NCBI RefSeq assembly: GCF_001194135.2
Contig: NC_068982.1
Coordinates: 75,104,736-75,165,295 of the forward strand
Direction: 5' to 3'
DNA: 60,560 nt
Source of the DNA: Octopus bimaculoides
Lineage: Eukaryota
Position numbers and translations under genes: made by a program. This document shows, one piece after another, positions 12,087-24,882 of this stretch. The first letter of the stretch is position 1. The number at the start of each line of letters is the position of its first letter. The notes beneath the pieces were generated by a model. That model saw nothing but the letters and a program-made list of their open reading frames with translations, was not told where the DNA came from and made no database searches.

Positions 12087-12220
12087 GAATCATTTAACCA
12101 CGAAAAATATGTTCTCAGTAAAAATTTAGCGACACAACAGACTGTAAAAGGGGCTAGAAATAGATGCTGTTGTGTCGCTAAATTTTTACTGAGAACATAT
12201 TTTTCGTGGTAAGATGATTC
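12087..12220. repeat. Palindrome with 54-bp arms next to (TA)n
   Basis: gaatcatttaaccacg...gacacaacag (12087-12140) versus ctgttgtgtc...aagatgattc (12167-12220). Confidence 0.9.
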
Positions 12221-12347
12221 NNNNNNNNNNNNNNNNNNNNNNNNNNNNNNNNNNNNNNNNNNNNNNNNNNNNNNNNNNNNNNNNNNNNNNNNNNNNNNNN
12301 NNNNNNNNNNNNNNNNNNNNNNNNNNNNNNNNNNNNNNNNNNNNNNN

Positions 12348-12386
<39 letters not shown>

Positions 12387-12389
12387 TGA

Positions 12390-12422
<33 letters not shown>

Positions 12423-12819
12423 TACACACTTCTCTCTTTATATTCTACTAGCATGAATCATCACACTGTTTTCTTCCTTGAAAGCACAATACATTTCAAA
12501 GACAGATGTCTGATCAGTAATTGACATTCAGTGGTGTATGTCCAATGATTCACAGTTCAACTCCAACTACCATCAACCTCTTCATGGTTCATGCACAACA
12601 GTTTTCCTTTTGTTTCTTCTGATTCTCTTTTGAAATTATTTAGTCAGAAGAGAAACAAATGGAAAGTTCATGACCTTGCTAGCCTCACCACCCCTCTACA
12701 CCATCCTATCATTGACTGATGATAAAAATGTGATTTATGTTTAACTTTCAACTTTTGTAGAAATGTAATTAGGGAGAAATTTCCAGTGCTTTGTAGTTAT
12801 ATTGGAGGTAGAATGATCA

Positions 12820-13150
12820 GTCATCATCATCATCATTTAATGTCCATTTTCCATACTGGCATTTGTTGGATGGCTTGACAGGAGCTGGTAAGGTCAGGGG
12901 CCACACCAAGTTCCATAGTCTGTTTTGGTTCGATTTCTATGGCTGGATGCCCCTCCCAATGCCAACTGCACCACAGAAAGTATTGGCTGCTTTTTATGTG
13001 GCACCATCACCAGTGCTTTTTAAGTGGCACCATCACCAGTGCTTTTTAAGTGGCACCAGCACCCACACTAATACCTTTTTCTGTGGCACCTTGGTCTTAG
13101 GATCTCAATTCTGTTGTGGTGGATGGGCCTTCTCAAGTACAGCAATGTAA
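12820..13150 (-). mobile_element. RTE-type 3'-UTR element (family C)
   Basis: (CAT)n then ttaatgtccattttccat...ggctggatgcccctccc. Confidence 0.7.
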
Positions 13151-13503
13151 TTAGTAATGTAATCAGAAAAGGGTTTCATGAAAGACATGAAGGAATGATA
13201 AGAGAATGAGAGATCAGCACATGGAGCATCCAGAAGAACAAAGGGACATTAGCAATGGTTGTGTGGTCAAGAATCTTGCTTTCCAACCATGTGGCTTCTT
13301 GTTCAATCCCACTGTACTGCACCTTGAGCAAGTGTTGACCAAAGCTTTGACTGTGCACCTGCACAGGCAATGTTGATTTGATGGAAGGAATGAACTTGTG
13401 TAAACACAAACATTTGATCACAATAAACAAATCATCTGTGTGGTCATTCAGCAAGAAATTGCAGAACCCTCATCTGTCACCTAACAATGAGAGAGCCCAT
13501 AAT

Positions 13504-13542
<39 letters not shown>

Positions 13543-14289
13543 CTCTCATGATCCCCACATCTTTCTTACCTTCAGGGACTATTTCAGGATTCCACTCCTT
13601 CTGTCCCCTTCCCGTACTCTTCATATTTGTTCCTTATAATGTTGAATAATATATCCCTACAACACAACCCACTCTATCACCTTTCAACTTTTCCCAATCT
13701 TCTCCTCTCTTTTCTTAATTACCCCTCCCTTTCCCTTTTGCTGTTCCCTATGATACTTCTACTAGCCTCTCGTCTTACCATCCCTCATACCTCCACCTAG
13801 AATTATCACCTACTCTCTCTATTCTTCTCCAGTTATTGGGGCTACATTAAGTTCTTAGCCTTGAAAGTTACAAGACACTCTTCCCTAATGCCGGTGCCAA
13901 GAAAAAAAGCACCCAGTACACTCTGTAAAGTGGTTGCCATTAGGAAGGGCATCCAGCCATAGAAACCATGTCAAAGTAGACATTGGAGTTTGGTGCTGTC
14001 CTTGGACTCATCAGATTCTCTCAATCTGAGCAATTCATACCTGCATGAAGTACCTGTATGGAGTATTATGATGATGATGAGGAGGAGGAGGGGGGAACAT
14101 TGTGAAGAAGATTGTTATGATGATGATGATCATGGCGGTGCTCCAGCATGACTGCAGCTGCATGGCTGAAATAAGTAAAAGAATAAATATATATATATAT
14201 AGATATATAGTAATGTACAGTCACGTTTAACATGTTTGTGTACATTTAGATATAGAAGAACTGGCACTCCATTGGTTACAACAACAAGA

Positions 14290-14575
14290 GTTCCAGTTGA
14301 TCTGATCAACAGAAAAGCCTGCTCATGAAATAAATGTGCAAGTGGCTGAGCATTCCACAATCATGTGTACCCTTTACATAGTTCTCAGGGAGATTCAGTG
14401 TGAAACAGAATGCGACAAGACTGGCTCTTTGAATTACAAGTACAACTCATTTTGCCAGCAGAGTGGACTGGAACAAAATGAAATAAAGCATCCCACCCAA
14501 GGACACAATGCACTGCCAGGATTCAAACTCACGACCTTATGATTGTGAGCTGAATACCCATAATCACTGACTTGG
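14290..14575 (-). mobile_element. tRNA-derived SINE family G
   Basis: Minus-strand head with gagtttgaatcc B-box-like motif and ccagtccactctgctggcaaaatgagt central segment; homologous to 38085-38280. Confidence 0.7.
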
Positions 14576-16339
14576 ATATGAAAAAAATAATATGTTGCAC
14601 AAGTTATCTTGACAGAATAAATTCTCCTTACAGACTCAACAGAATTTCTTCTGTTGAGACAATTCATCCAACATAACATATTTATTTCCATGTCTGAATA
14701 TACACAGCCATGTTAAACATGAATGTACATAACTATATTTCATTCAGTATTGCTCAGTGCACTTCTAATTAACATGCACATACACACAATACTATAAGAT
14801 ATTGCTAACAGACTGCACATTAAGTGGATGAAATGTGAATAATATTAAACACACCACAACAGAGTGAATGAGTATATAAAATTAAGTGCCCTGACTAGAG
14901 ACAACAAATTACTTGTTTATTGTAAGCTATATAAACAAACAATTTATAATGAAAATATGATAGTCGGGCATTTTATTCACTCATTTATTTTAGTTAGATA
15001 CTCAATAGCCTTGTGATTTAATATATAAGTAGAAAACAACAATTTAAAATTAGTACACTTAATACACCCATAAACTATACAGTAATTGCTCAAACAATTA
15101 AAATGTCAAAATATTTGCTTATCAAACTTTAAATCTGTTTGACAACAACCACAATGACCACTGCCACCACCATCACCACTGTTAACAACCCACCTTTGAC
15201 TACCACCCTTCTCACCTGATCATGTGACACATCTTAAACATGATATATTAACATTATCGCTGCTCTATTGTCAGAATTTTTTCTTCCTAGTTTACTTTGT
15301 AAACAATATATTTACACACATACATACAGAACCATACACACACACAAACATACACACATATACTCACACATGTACACATACAAACACAGGCTCATACATA
15401 CACACATACAGGTACATGTACATAGATATATATATACATGCATCAACAAAGTATATGCCTGTTCTTATAAAACTTTGTAAAGTTTCACAATAATGCTATT
15501 GTAAAACTGCATTGAATGTAATGAATGCATCAAACAGGTTAACACAAAAATAATAAAAATGCAACTTGGATCTAAATTTGCAAGCCTATTAATTTAGCTC
15601 AAATAGTGGTAGATGTTTGATGCAAGTTCTTAAGTAATGCTGAAATAGCAGCATATCCATGTGCAACACTACTTGCAAGTCCAGACTTTATAAACTTTGG
15701 CATAACTACAAATTTGCAATGAACATTAAGCATATAACTAAATTGAATTTGACAATACAAATAGACAAAGATGGCTAAGACAAGTATATTAATTTGGAGC
15801 TAAATTTACAATTCTGGTTTTGCTTTCCATGTTTTTTTTTTGGTGGAGGGAAGGGACAGTTATTTCTTGCTAGCATGGGTTAAATGAATATATTATTGAA
15901 GCATTGTTTTAAAGACAGATGCTCTTGTTGTTAACACATGTTTTTCAAGTAAAGGATCTCTAATTTCACATGTCTTTCAAAATGCAAAACCAGCTGATTT
16001 ATTGACAGGAAAAGATGCAGAAATGCACACATACACACATACACACACACATGCACACACAAAATCCCACAAACATGCATATATACCTACATATTTATAT
16101 ACTGTCATTGTCATCATTTCAATGTCCACTTTTCCATGCAGATAGAATTCAACTGATAGAGATTTCCTACAACTGGATGTTCTTCCTGTCACCAATCCTC
16201 ACTTCTTTCCGAGCAAGGTAATATTTCCCTTTGGTCGGACATGTTTTTACAAAATATTGGAACAGAATTACACTACTTATATAACAGTGATGCTCGTTTA
16301 CAACTATTATGCGATGCCAAGACAAGGTGGCACAATCAC

Positions 16340-16370
<31 letters not shown>

Positions 16371-16376
16371 AATATA

Positions 16377-16586
16377 CAGGGTGGGCCAAAAGTCATGCAC
16401 AAAATAAGTTTCAATACACTCTGGAATTGTCAAAGACATGCTTCAGTTTTTCTATAACTAAATAAAATAAATAAAATAATGAATACACACATACTTGTAC
16501 ATGATGAACAAAATCAATAATAGTAATAATAACGTAATATGAATAACATGTCGAATGTTTTGGTGTGTGACTTTTGGCCAACCCTC
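16377..16586. mobile_element. Tc1/mariner-type MITE, 210 bp
   Basis: TIRs CAGGGTGGGCCAAAAGTCA and TGACTTTTGGCCAACCCTC (17/19 match) flanked by TA at 16375-16376 and 16587-16588. Confidence 0.85.
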
Positions 16587-17189
16587 TATATATAAATACA
16601 GAGAGGGGTGGAGAGGACTTCTTTCAGTCTATGCTTATTGAGTATTCCACATGTATCCTCAACATATGGATCCTTAACATAATTCTCAGGTAGAACCAGT
16701 ATGACACTGTGTGTAAGACAAGGCTGTATCCTTTGCATTACAGGTACAATCCATGAAATGGGCTTCCACACAGTTTCCATTTACACAATTTCACTCACAA
16801 GGCTTGGTAAATGATATTTACCCAAAATGCCTTGCTGTGAGATTGAACCTGGGGTCTTGTAGTTGTAAAGCAATCTCCTGGACCATTTGGCTATGCACTT
16901 AAATATACTCATGTCCTTTCTTGTTTACTTGTTTCAGTCATTGGACTGTTGCCATGCTGGAGTACCACTTCAAGGTTTTAGTCAAACAAATCAACCTCAA
17001 TACATTTTTTTTTTTAAGCCTGGCACTTATTTTTTGGTTTCTTTTACTGAACCACTAAGTTACAAGGACACTAAGTTACAGGAATTTCATGAATTATTAA
17101 TTATAAACATAATTAACTCCTGTTTGATCATTATATAATTCATTATTATACATTATCTTTTACACGACATTACCAATATGAAAGAAAGC

Positions 17190-17405
17190 AATGAGCCGGC
17201 AGAATCATTAGTGTCTTGGACAAAACATTTACTAGCATTTCTTCCAACACCTTACAATCTGAGTTAGAATTCCACTAAGGTCAATTTTACCTTTTGTCCG
17301 TTCAGGGTCAATAAGATAAGTAGCAGTTAAGAACTGAGATCAATATAGTGGACATACCCTCTCCCCTAAAATTGCCAGCCTTGTGCCAAAATTAGAAACC
17401 ATTAT
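17190..17405 (+). mobile_element. SINE family A
   Basis: gagccggcagaatcattag...cagggtcaataagataagtagcagt...ccttgtgccaaaattagaaacc. Confidence 0.75.
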
Positions 17406-18244
17406 AAACCAGGAAAAGTTGGACATCGCATTTTTATTTTAATTTGCTGAGTTTGAAGAAAGTGGCATTGCCATGACCCCCATGAATGTTGGAGGCCCTT
17501 CAAGACCAAAGAACTTTGATGATACCTTTATAGAGGAGGGTTGAACTTTTTTAGTTTCAGCATTTTATGTTTTTTTGGATCTCTTCAGAACCAATCAAAA
17601 CAACAGCAGCAGCAAACCCCTAGAACTAATCCAATCAATTATTATATACCACCCTTTCCAATAAGATAACAACCCTGCTATTATTTATTCATTCATTAAT
17701 ATCAACCTGAGGACTCAACTAGTTTTCTTATCTTTCATCTTTATTCTATGATTTTCAACCTTCCAGGGTTAATAAAATAACTACTGTTCAAATACTGTGG
17801 ACAGTATAATTAGCTACAGCTGAATCTCCGTCATCCCAACATCAATTGTTTCAAATTCCAGATTACCTGAAGACCCCCAAGGTTCCATACTTAAATCCAC
17901 TATGGATTCTCTTATTTATGATTAGATCACTTATTCAAATATACTTCCCATGCCTATATTGTTCAGATAACTGAGGTCTATCTGTAAGAAATCAATGTTA
18001 TTATTATTGTTTGACAACAAAGAGAAGGCACTTGCCTTAGTGGTCAGAGTGTCCATGTCTTTGTGGAGTTTCTATGAGTGACCCTTGAAAGTCTGCTTCT
18101 TAAGGGGAATTAGTCATTGTTGAAATTCATATTATTGCTGTTGCTTTTCTTTTCCCATGCACCTTTATGTAATCCCACATTATATCATCCTGTATTATCC
18201 CCAATGTTTTTGTGAACCCTTTACTGGTTAATAAAGAAAACATT

Positions 18245-18512
18245 ATTATTATTATTCAGTAGTTTTATTTTTATAACGTGCTTTCACTTCACTACTGAAC
18301 GCAGCTCTGTGTGCCTTGGGTATGTGCTGTGGTTTGCTGTGATGCTCTTATGGTTACCGTATTGAAAGTGTTTTGCGTAGGATGTGTGCAGTGCCCAGTA
18401 GTGCAATTTTCTGTGTTATATATATCTGTAAGTCCTGGTGTTTTTGTTATGTATTTGTCTGAATATTTTTTTATTATACCTAAGGCACCTACTATGATAG
18501 GAATGGTTTCTG
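18245..18512 (-). pseudogene. R4/Dong-like non-LTR retrotransposon C-terminus and 3' tail
   Basis: Minus strand ETIPIIVGALGIIKKYSDKYITKTPGLTDIYN, then after a frameshift KIALLGTAHILRKTLSI*; short 3' UTR and AAT tail. Confidence 0.75.
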
Positions 18513-18544
18513 TTGTTGTTATTATTATTATTATTATTATCATT

Positions 18545-18720
18545 AAGGCAGTAACCTGGTAGAATTATTAGAATGTTGGACAAAATGCTTAGCAGCATTT
18601 TCTTCTGGTTCTCTACATTATGAGTTCAAATGCTTTGAGATCAACTTGGATTTTCATCTTTTCAGGGTCATTAAAATAAGTACTAGTCAAGAACAGGAGT
18701 CAATATAATTGACTTCCATT
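18545..18720 (+). mobile_element. SINE family A
   Basis: aaggcagtaacctggtagaattattag...gagttcaaat...cagggtcattaaaataagtactag. Confidence 0.75.
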
Positions 18721-19452
18721 CAATAAAAACTATTCAACCATTAACCAAAAATGAAAAATACACATAAAACCCAATGATATAAAGAAAGAGAGGAAAATGA
18801 AAGTCACCACATTGCTGATGGTTAAGATAAATAAATTTCTTTAATACTCCAACTTTTATCATAAATTTAAATTCTGAAATGAAAAAGATTCTTTTGTTTT
18901 TTTTTGTTTTTGTTTTGGTTATTAAATAAATTTATAATTTTGTTTTTTCCTTGCATTGGTAGTGGTTTTCATGCCTCTCTCTTGCAAACACTTAACAATT
19001 TGCTGCTGCTAGTCCAATTACAATTAAAACAATTACTAATATATATGAACTAGCATTAATAGTTCTAATAATGCTAAATTTAATTAAAATTTAACTAAAA
19101 TAAAAAGTAACCAAATTCGATTAAAATCGAAACTGAATTAAACAAGGTAAAAAAATAACAGAAAATCTGTAATCTTACCTGGAAACCAACCCCTTGGAGT
19201 ACGCTAGGTATCATGATTAATGAACAAGACTCAAGTTAAGTCCCTTAGAATGGTTCCAGACCACAAAAGGACTAGAACAGGTAAAAAATCTCAGGTGAAG
19301 AATTTATACAAGTCATTGTTTTTGATAATATCCAACAGACTGAGATTTACAAACATGGCAGGTGAGGATATAAATTTAGAAGAAGTAGTTAACAGCAGTT
19401 AGAAGCAAGAGAGAGTGTTGCTACAGTATTTGATCATGGGGAAGGGAAGAGG

Positions 19453-19492
<40 letters not shown>

Positions 19493-20369
19493 TATGTAAG
19501 TGCATGTGTGAGTGTGTGTATTGCATGTGTATGTGTGCGTTCATGTGCACAAAGGAATATTTGAAAGGATATACATACACCTATATATATATATATATGC
19601 ATATNNNNNNNNNNNNNNNNNNNNNNNNNNNNNNNNNNNNNNNNNNNNNNNNNNNNNNNNNNNNNNNNNNNNNNNATATATATATATATATATATATATA
19701 GCACATACCACACGAATCAATGTATATGCATACAAACTCACACAAATGCATGCATGTGCATACACATACACACATATTCACCAGGCCAAATTCAGCAAAA
19801 AACTTTTGTGTAAGAAAATCAGTGAAACTATGTACATGTGTGTATACATAAACACACACACACACACACATGTATTTGTGTGTGTGGATACATGCATACA
19901 TGTATGTATGTAGGTTTGTACATGTGTATCTGAATATAATGGTAGTGAGTTAATCTCTATTATTGATTATGGATGATGGTACCATTTTAATAATACCAGT
20001 GAAGTGGTTAGTAAGCAGAGAGAGAGAGAGAGAGAGAGAGCTGAGGTGAAACAGTCATCAGTTCAGCAGTAACTGAGGTCGTGTAAAACCTTGGTTCAAT
20101 TTAGGACATTCTCTCTCTCTCTTAACAGGGCTGATGCTTGGGTGGGGGATGTGGTGGGGGATGTGGTGGTGGGTTTGGGTGCTTTAGTGTAATACAATGC
20201 AGTTTGTTTGTGTGTGAATGAGAGTGGGGAGCGGGGGGAGTGTATGCCTGTGCTGTGTTTTAGTGGATATATAATCCACTATATATTGATGTATAAATAG
20301 TATGCACAACATATGTTTGTGGTGTGTGTATTAAGGGATGTATATAGTGTATGTGTGTGTGTGTGTGTG

Positions 20370-20772
20370 CATATTCTTTTATTCTTTTGTTTCAATCATC
20401 ATACTGCAGCCATGCTGGAGCACCACCTTGAAGGATTCTAATTAAACAAATTGACCCTAGGACTTCTTTTTTAAGCCAAATACTTATTCTATCAGTCACT
20501 TCTGCCAAACCGCTAAGTTACGGGGACATAAACACACCAAACACTGGATGTCAAGTGGTGATGGAAGGGGACAAGCACAGACACACACATGGATATATAC
20601 ATATATATATACACACAACAGACTTCTTTCAGTTTCTATCTACCAAATCCACTCACAGGGTTTTGGTTGGTCCGAGGCTATAGTAGAAGACACTTGCCCA
20701 AGGTGTCACACAGTGGGACTGAACCCAGAACCATGTGGTTGAGAAGCAAGCTTCTTACCACACAGCAACACC
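20370..20772 (-). mobile_element. SINE family B, near full length (tRNA head, CORE-like middle, internal microsatellite)
   Basis: Minus strand gctgtgtggtaagaagcttgct...ggttcagtcccactgtgtgacaccttgggcaagtgtcttctactatagcctcgg...gctccagcatggctgcag. Confidence 0.85.
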
Positions 20773-20933
20773 TATATATGTATATTTTTATTAATATTTA
20801 GCAGAAGCAAGAGTGACTCAAGGTCCAAGAGTCTCATGCAATGGCACTTATCAAATTTTATCACTTATCAATATGCGCACGTGTGTGTGTGTGTGTTTGT
20901 GTGCGTGCGTGCGTGCGTGCGTGNNNNNNNNNN

Positions 20934-20979
<46 letters not shown>

Positions 20980-20982
<3 letters not shown>

Positions 20983-21350
20983 GTATCTTTTACTTGTTTA
21001 AGTCATAAGATTGCAGCCATGCTGGGACACTGCATTGGAGAATTTTAGTGGAACTTTTCGACCCCAGTACTCATTAAATTTTTTTGTAAAGCCTGGTATT
21101 TATTTTATCAGTCTGTTTTGCCAAACTGCTGTTACAGGGATGTAAATATACCAATATAGGTTGTGAGGCAGTGGTGGCAGACAAACACATACACAAAGAT
21201 ACACACATACACACACACACATATGATGGGCTTCTTTCAGTTTCTGTCTATTAAATCTACTCACAAGGTTTTCATCAACCCAAGGCTATTGAATAAGACT
21301 CTTGACCAAGGTGCCATGTAATAGGACTGAACTCAGAGTCACGTAGTTGG
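20980..21350 (-). mobile_element. SINE family B
   Basis: Same organisation as 20370-20772 but more diverged. Confidence 0.75.
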
Positions 21351-21419
21351 ACTGACTTGGTGCCTCATCTTAAGTGCCTAATTCAACTGAATCTTTATTA
21401 TTTCTTCTATATATATATA

Positions 21420-21675
21420 AATATATAGTTTTAGGGAAAAGAACCAAGGTTCATGAACTCATCGATGAAAATCCAGTCAAATATAGAAAAATTAATAATT
21501 AAAAGCACATTAAATGAGTATAATATAATATACAGTAAATATCATAAGATAAAGGTAATAAAATCACTACACGTGTTTCATAACTAATTTTCAAATAGAA
21601 AGGAAATTTAAATCGATTAAAACTATCAAAAATCAATTCTATTCAAAAATATAGCTAATCTTCATGTCAAAATAC
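21420..21675 (-). mobile_element. Putative Penelope-like terminal fragment
   Basis: Abuts a TA run; minus strand carries GAAAC-ACGTGT-A, a palindromic hammerhead stem-III-like motif. The class is inferred. Confidence 0.35.
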
Positions 21676-21980
21676 AACAATAATAATAATAAATGAATGT
21701 ATATATCAACCAACAATAAGTACCAAATGAATTTATATAAAATACTTATTGTATAAAGATAGAAAAATATTATTAAAAATATCAAAATAATAAACATTCC
21801 ATGGAATGTTTATTATTGAATGTTTATTATTGAATATTTATTATGCATATAAATACATAGATATACATAATCACATACATGTACACACATATATATATAT
21901 ATACAAACAAATACATACACACACACACATATACATACATACATACATACATGTACCTATATACATTATACATACATATG

Positions 21981-22021
<41 letters not shown>

Positions 22022-22986
22022 GTTCATGTGCATATATGTGTGTGTGTGTGTGTGTGTGGTATATATGTGCACATAATAATGTGCATATATTTGTTGCATG
22101 GGTTTAATGCATAGTTAAGTGTATATAAATAAGTAGTATGTGTGTACTTGCATATGATGTGTATGGTGTTTATGTATGTGTCTCTACAGTTGGTAAAATA
22201 TGAGTGACATGGATGTATATGTGTTGATGTTGACAACAGTGCATCTCTGTAGTAGTAGTAGTAGTAGTAGTAGTAGCAGCAGCAGCAGCAGTGATATTGA
22301 TGATGATAATGACGAGAATGATGACAATAGAATGATTGATTTTTATTTTGTGTTGATAAGGAAGTGAAGGTGATAGTAGTAGTATAGATGATAGTGATGG
22401 GGTTGATGGCCATAGCAGGGACAGTACTTGTACAGACTACAGTATTAAAGTCCATAATTAGTCTAATAAAGATGGCTGACATCTAAAGAACAACCCCAGT
22501 CATTAATTAGTTATACTTTTAAGATAATTAGCAATATACCTGTGCTAATTACAGTTCTAATTAAACAAAGTCTTCTGATATAATCTTAAAACAATTCCTG
22601 TAGAATACAAAACTAATTCCTTAGAATCCTTCTTTTATTCAATGTTTCAGAAAACCATTCCTAGATGTAATGCATCTGTTCCTCCTTACTACATTTTGGC
22701 AGATTCAAAGACAAAAATCTAATCACTGTTGTTTTTCATCATTGGAGAACTTCCATACAGTGTTCTTTGTTTCCAGTTTTGCACACGCACACGCACACAC
22801 TCACACACGCACTCTCTTGCACACACACAAGCACACACATACTTTTCAATTGTGTTTTATTATCCCAAGATTTCATGGTGTTCTCACACCCCCAGTTCAA
22901 AAAGCCCAAGTTATTTATACTCTTACATTTACCCATGTCCATCCAAGCTGTTTGTTTTTCAACAGACTATGAGATTGTTAACTCAC

Positions 22987-23054
22987 TTGTTTCCAAGCAG
23001 AGGTTGGCAACAGAGAGAGCATTCAACCATAGAAAACTCAACTTCAACATACTC
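22987..23054 (-). CDS. Candidate internal exon of an unidentified gene
   Basis: Pyrimidine-rich acceptor tttctatgattgcattAG, donor GTGAGT; 68 nt open as EYVEVEFSMVECSLCCQPLLGN; phase-compatible with 26382-26520; unique sequence. No homology recognised. Confidence 0.33.
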
Positions 23055-23579
23055 CTAATGCAATCATAGAAACATAGACATTAGAACAATGAGAAAAACT
23101 ATGAGGTTCTATATTTGTTTGTATACTTATTTATTACATTTTTGTGCATTATTATACACTTCAACTTGAACTATCTTCTGAATTCCTTGCATGCAAGAAT
23201 TTCAAGTGAATCAGGATTCTTCAGCTAAATGATGATTATCAGTTTCCTTTTAAAGCAATTCATGTAAAATACAGTGAATTCATAGTTATATTTATTTTAG
23301 GTATTCATAAACTTGGGACAAAGCCAAGTACTGCACCTAGTAATATTATATATCAATATTTCCATTTGATATATCAAGAGGTATCTATATAGAGAGAATT
23401 GATGTATAACATCAAAAATAATATCTATGGTAATTAAGAATATTATTAATGACTGAACTTCAATGTCTTTACAACAGAGTAAATTCTGGTAAATTTATAA
23501 CAGGAAGGGAGTCAGGTTGTAGAAAATCTGCCTCAGTAAGATGTTCTAACTAGTGGAAGTATGGAAAAGAGGATATTAC

Positions 23580-23920
23580 AATAATGACGACAACAGTGAT
23601 GACAATGATGATGATGATGACAATAAGGATGATGATAATGACAATGATGATGACAACAATGGTGATAATGATAACGATGATAACAAGGATGAGAATAATA
23701 ACAATAACGACAACAATGATGATGATGATGATTGATGGTGATAGTAATGACCATGATGATGATAATTATGATGATAACAGCAATGATGATGATGATGACG
23801 ATGATGATGACGATGATGATGATGACGATGATGATGACGATGATGATGATGATGATGACGATGACGATGATGACGATGATGATGATGATGATGATAGCAA
23901 GGAGGAGGAGGAGGAGGACA
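23580..23920. repeat. Degenerate (GAT/GAC/AAT)n trinucleotide expansion ending in (GAG)n
   Basis: About 340 bp of GAT-type triplets. Confidence 0.95.
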
Positions 23921-24190
23921 AACTACACCCTAGTCACTGTAGTGGAACTGTGTCAATGATCAGGCTGTAATTGTGCTACAAAAGTTTTTGACACTTCATG
24001 AAATAAATTAAAATTTAAAATGATATAAAACAATGTATCAACAGACAGGCATGGGCATAACTGTGTTGTTAAGAAGTTTGCTTCCTAACTACATAGTTCC
24101 AGGTTCAGTCCCACCTTAGGCAAGTGTCTTCTGCTATAGTGGATTTGGGGCACAAGAATTGAAAGGGGCTTATCATATATATATATACAA

Positions 24191-24508
24191 AATGAATGAG
24201 GAAAATGGAAAATGGAGTTTGCAAGAATCTTTATTCAACACAAATGTCGTTTTGACCCATCATGTATCTGTCCATTGCAGGTGGGGATACTCTACAACTA
24301 GTTGTGTTGCATCCTCCAGTGCAGAATGCCTCACATTGGGTGTCTTGTTTTAAATAAGATACTTTGCTAAATATACTCGGTTTCGCTTGGCATGTTGTTG
24401 TCACCAGTAGGTTGTTGGGTATAATGATAAGGGATGGATGGTTTCAAAACGATCATTGTATTGAATAAAGATTCTTGCAAAATCCATTTTCCGTTTCCTT
24501 CATTCATT
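24191..24508. repeat. Inverted repeat (about 71-bp arms) with 174-bp spacer, putative Penelope-like relic
   Basis: 24191-24261 versus the reverse complement of 24436-24508, roughly 85% identical; begins right after a TA run. Confidence 0.75.
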
Positions 24509-24684
24509 ACAAACCCAATGAATACTGTGGAATTCCTGAGATAGATCCAGTGACACATATCAAAACTGTGGATAACATCAGATAGCCTAATCAGTGAAAG
24601 TGCTTTAATCGGCATACTACTAACCATATACCCAAAGTCCAAATAATCATGTGTGTGTGTGTGTGTGTGTAATATAAGTATGTG

Positions 24685-24882
24685 TGATTATTCTGTCAAA
24701 TGTAATGCTTATTTATTCAAATTGTCTTGAATTAATCATGCTTTGAGATTTTGATTATGGAATTGTTTACTTTTCGTATAACATTGTAGGATGGGTGTAA
24801 CAGACTAAATTTGGCCAGTTTGAATACAAAACAAATAGAATATTTTGGCTGGATATGGCCAGTTTAAATGCTAAAGGGTTAA
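24685..24882 (-). mobile_element. piggyBac-like MITE family E
   Basis: Ends aatgctaaaGGG-TTAA at 24867-24882; reverse complement of 35225-35441. Confidence 0.7.

Noticed and set aside
23533-23970. Poly-Asp, poly-Met and poly-His ORFs
   Set aside because: Pure triplet expansion with no supporting gene context.
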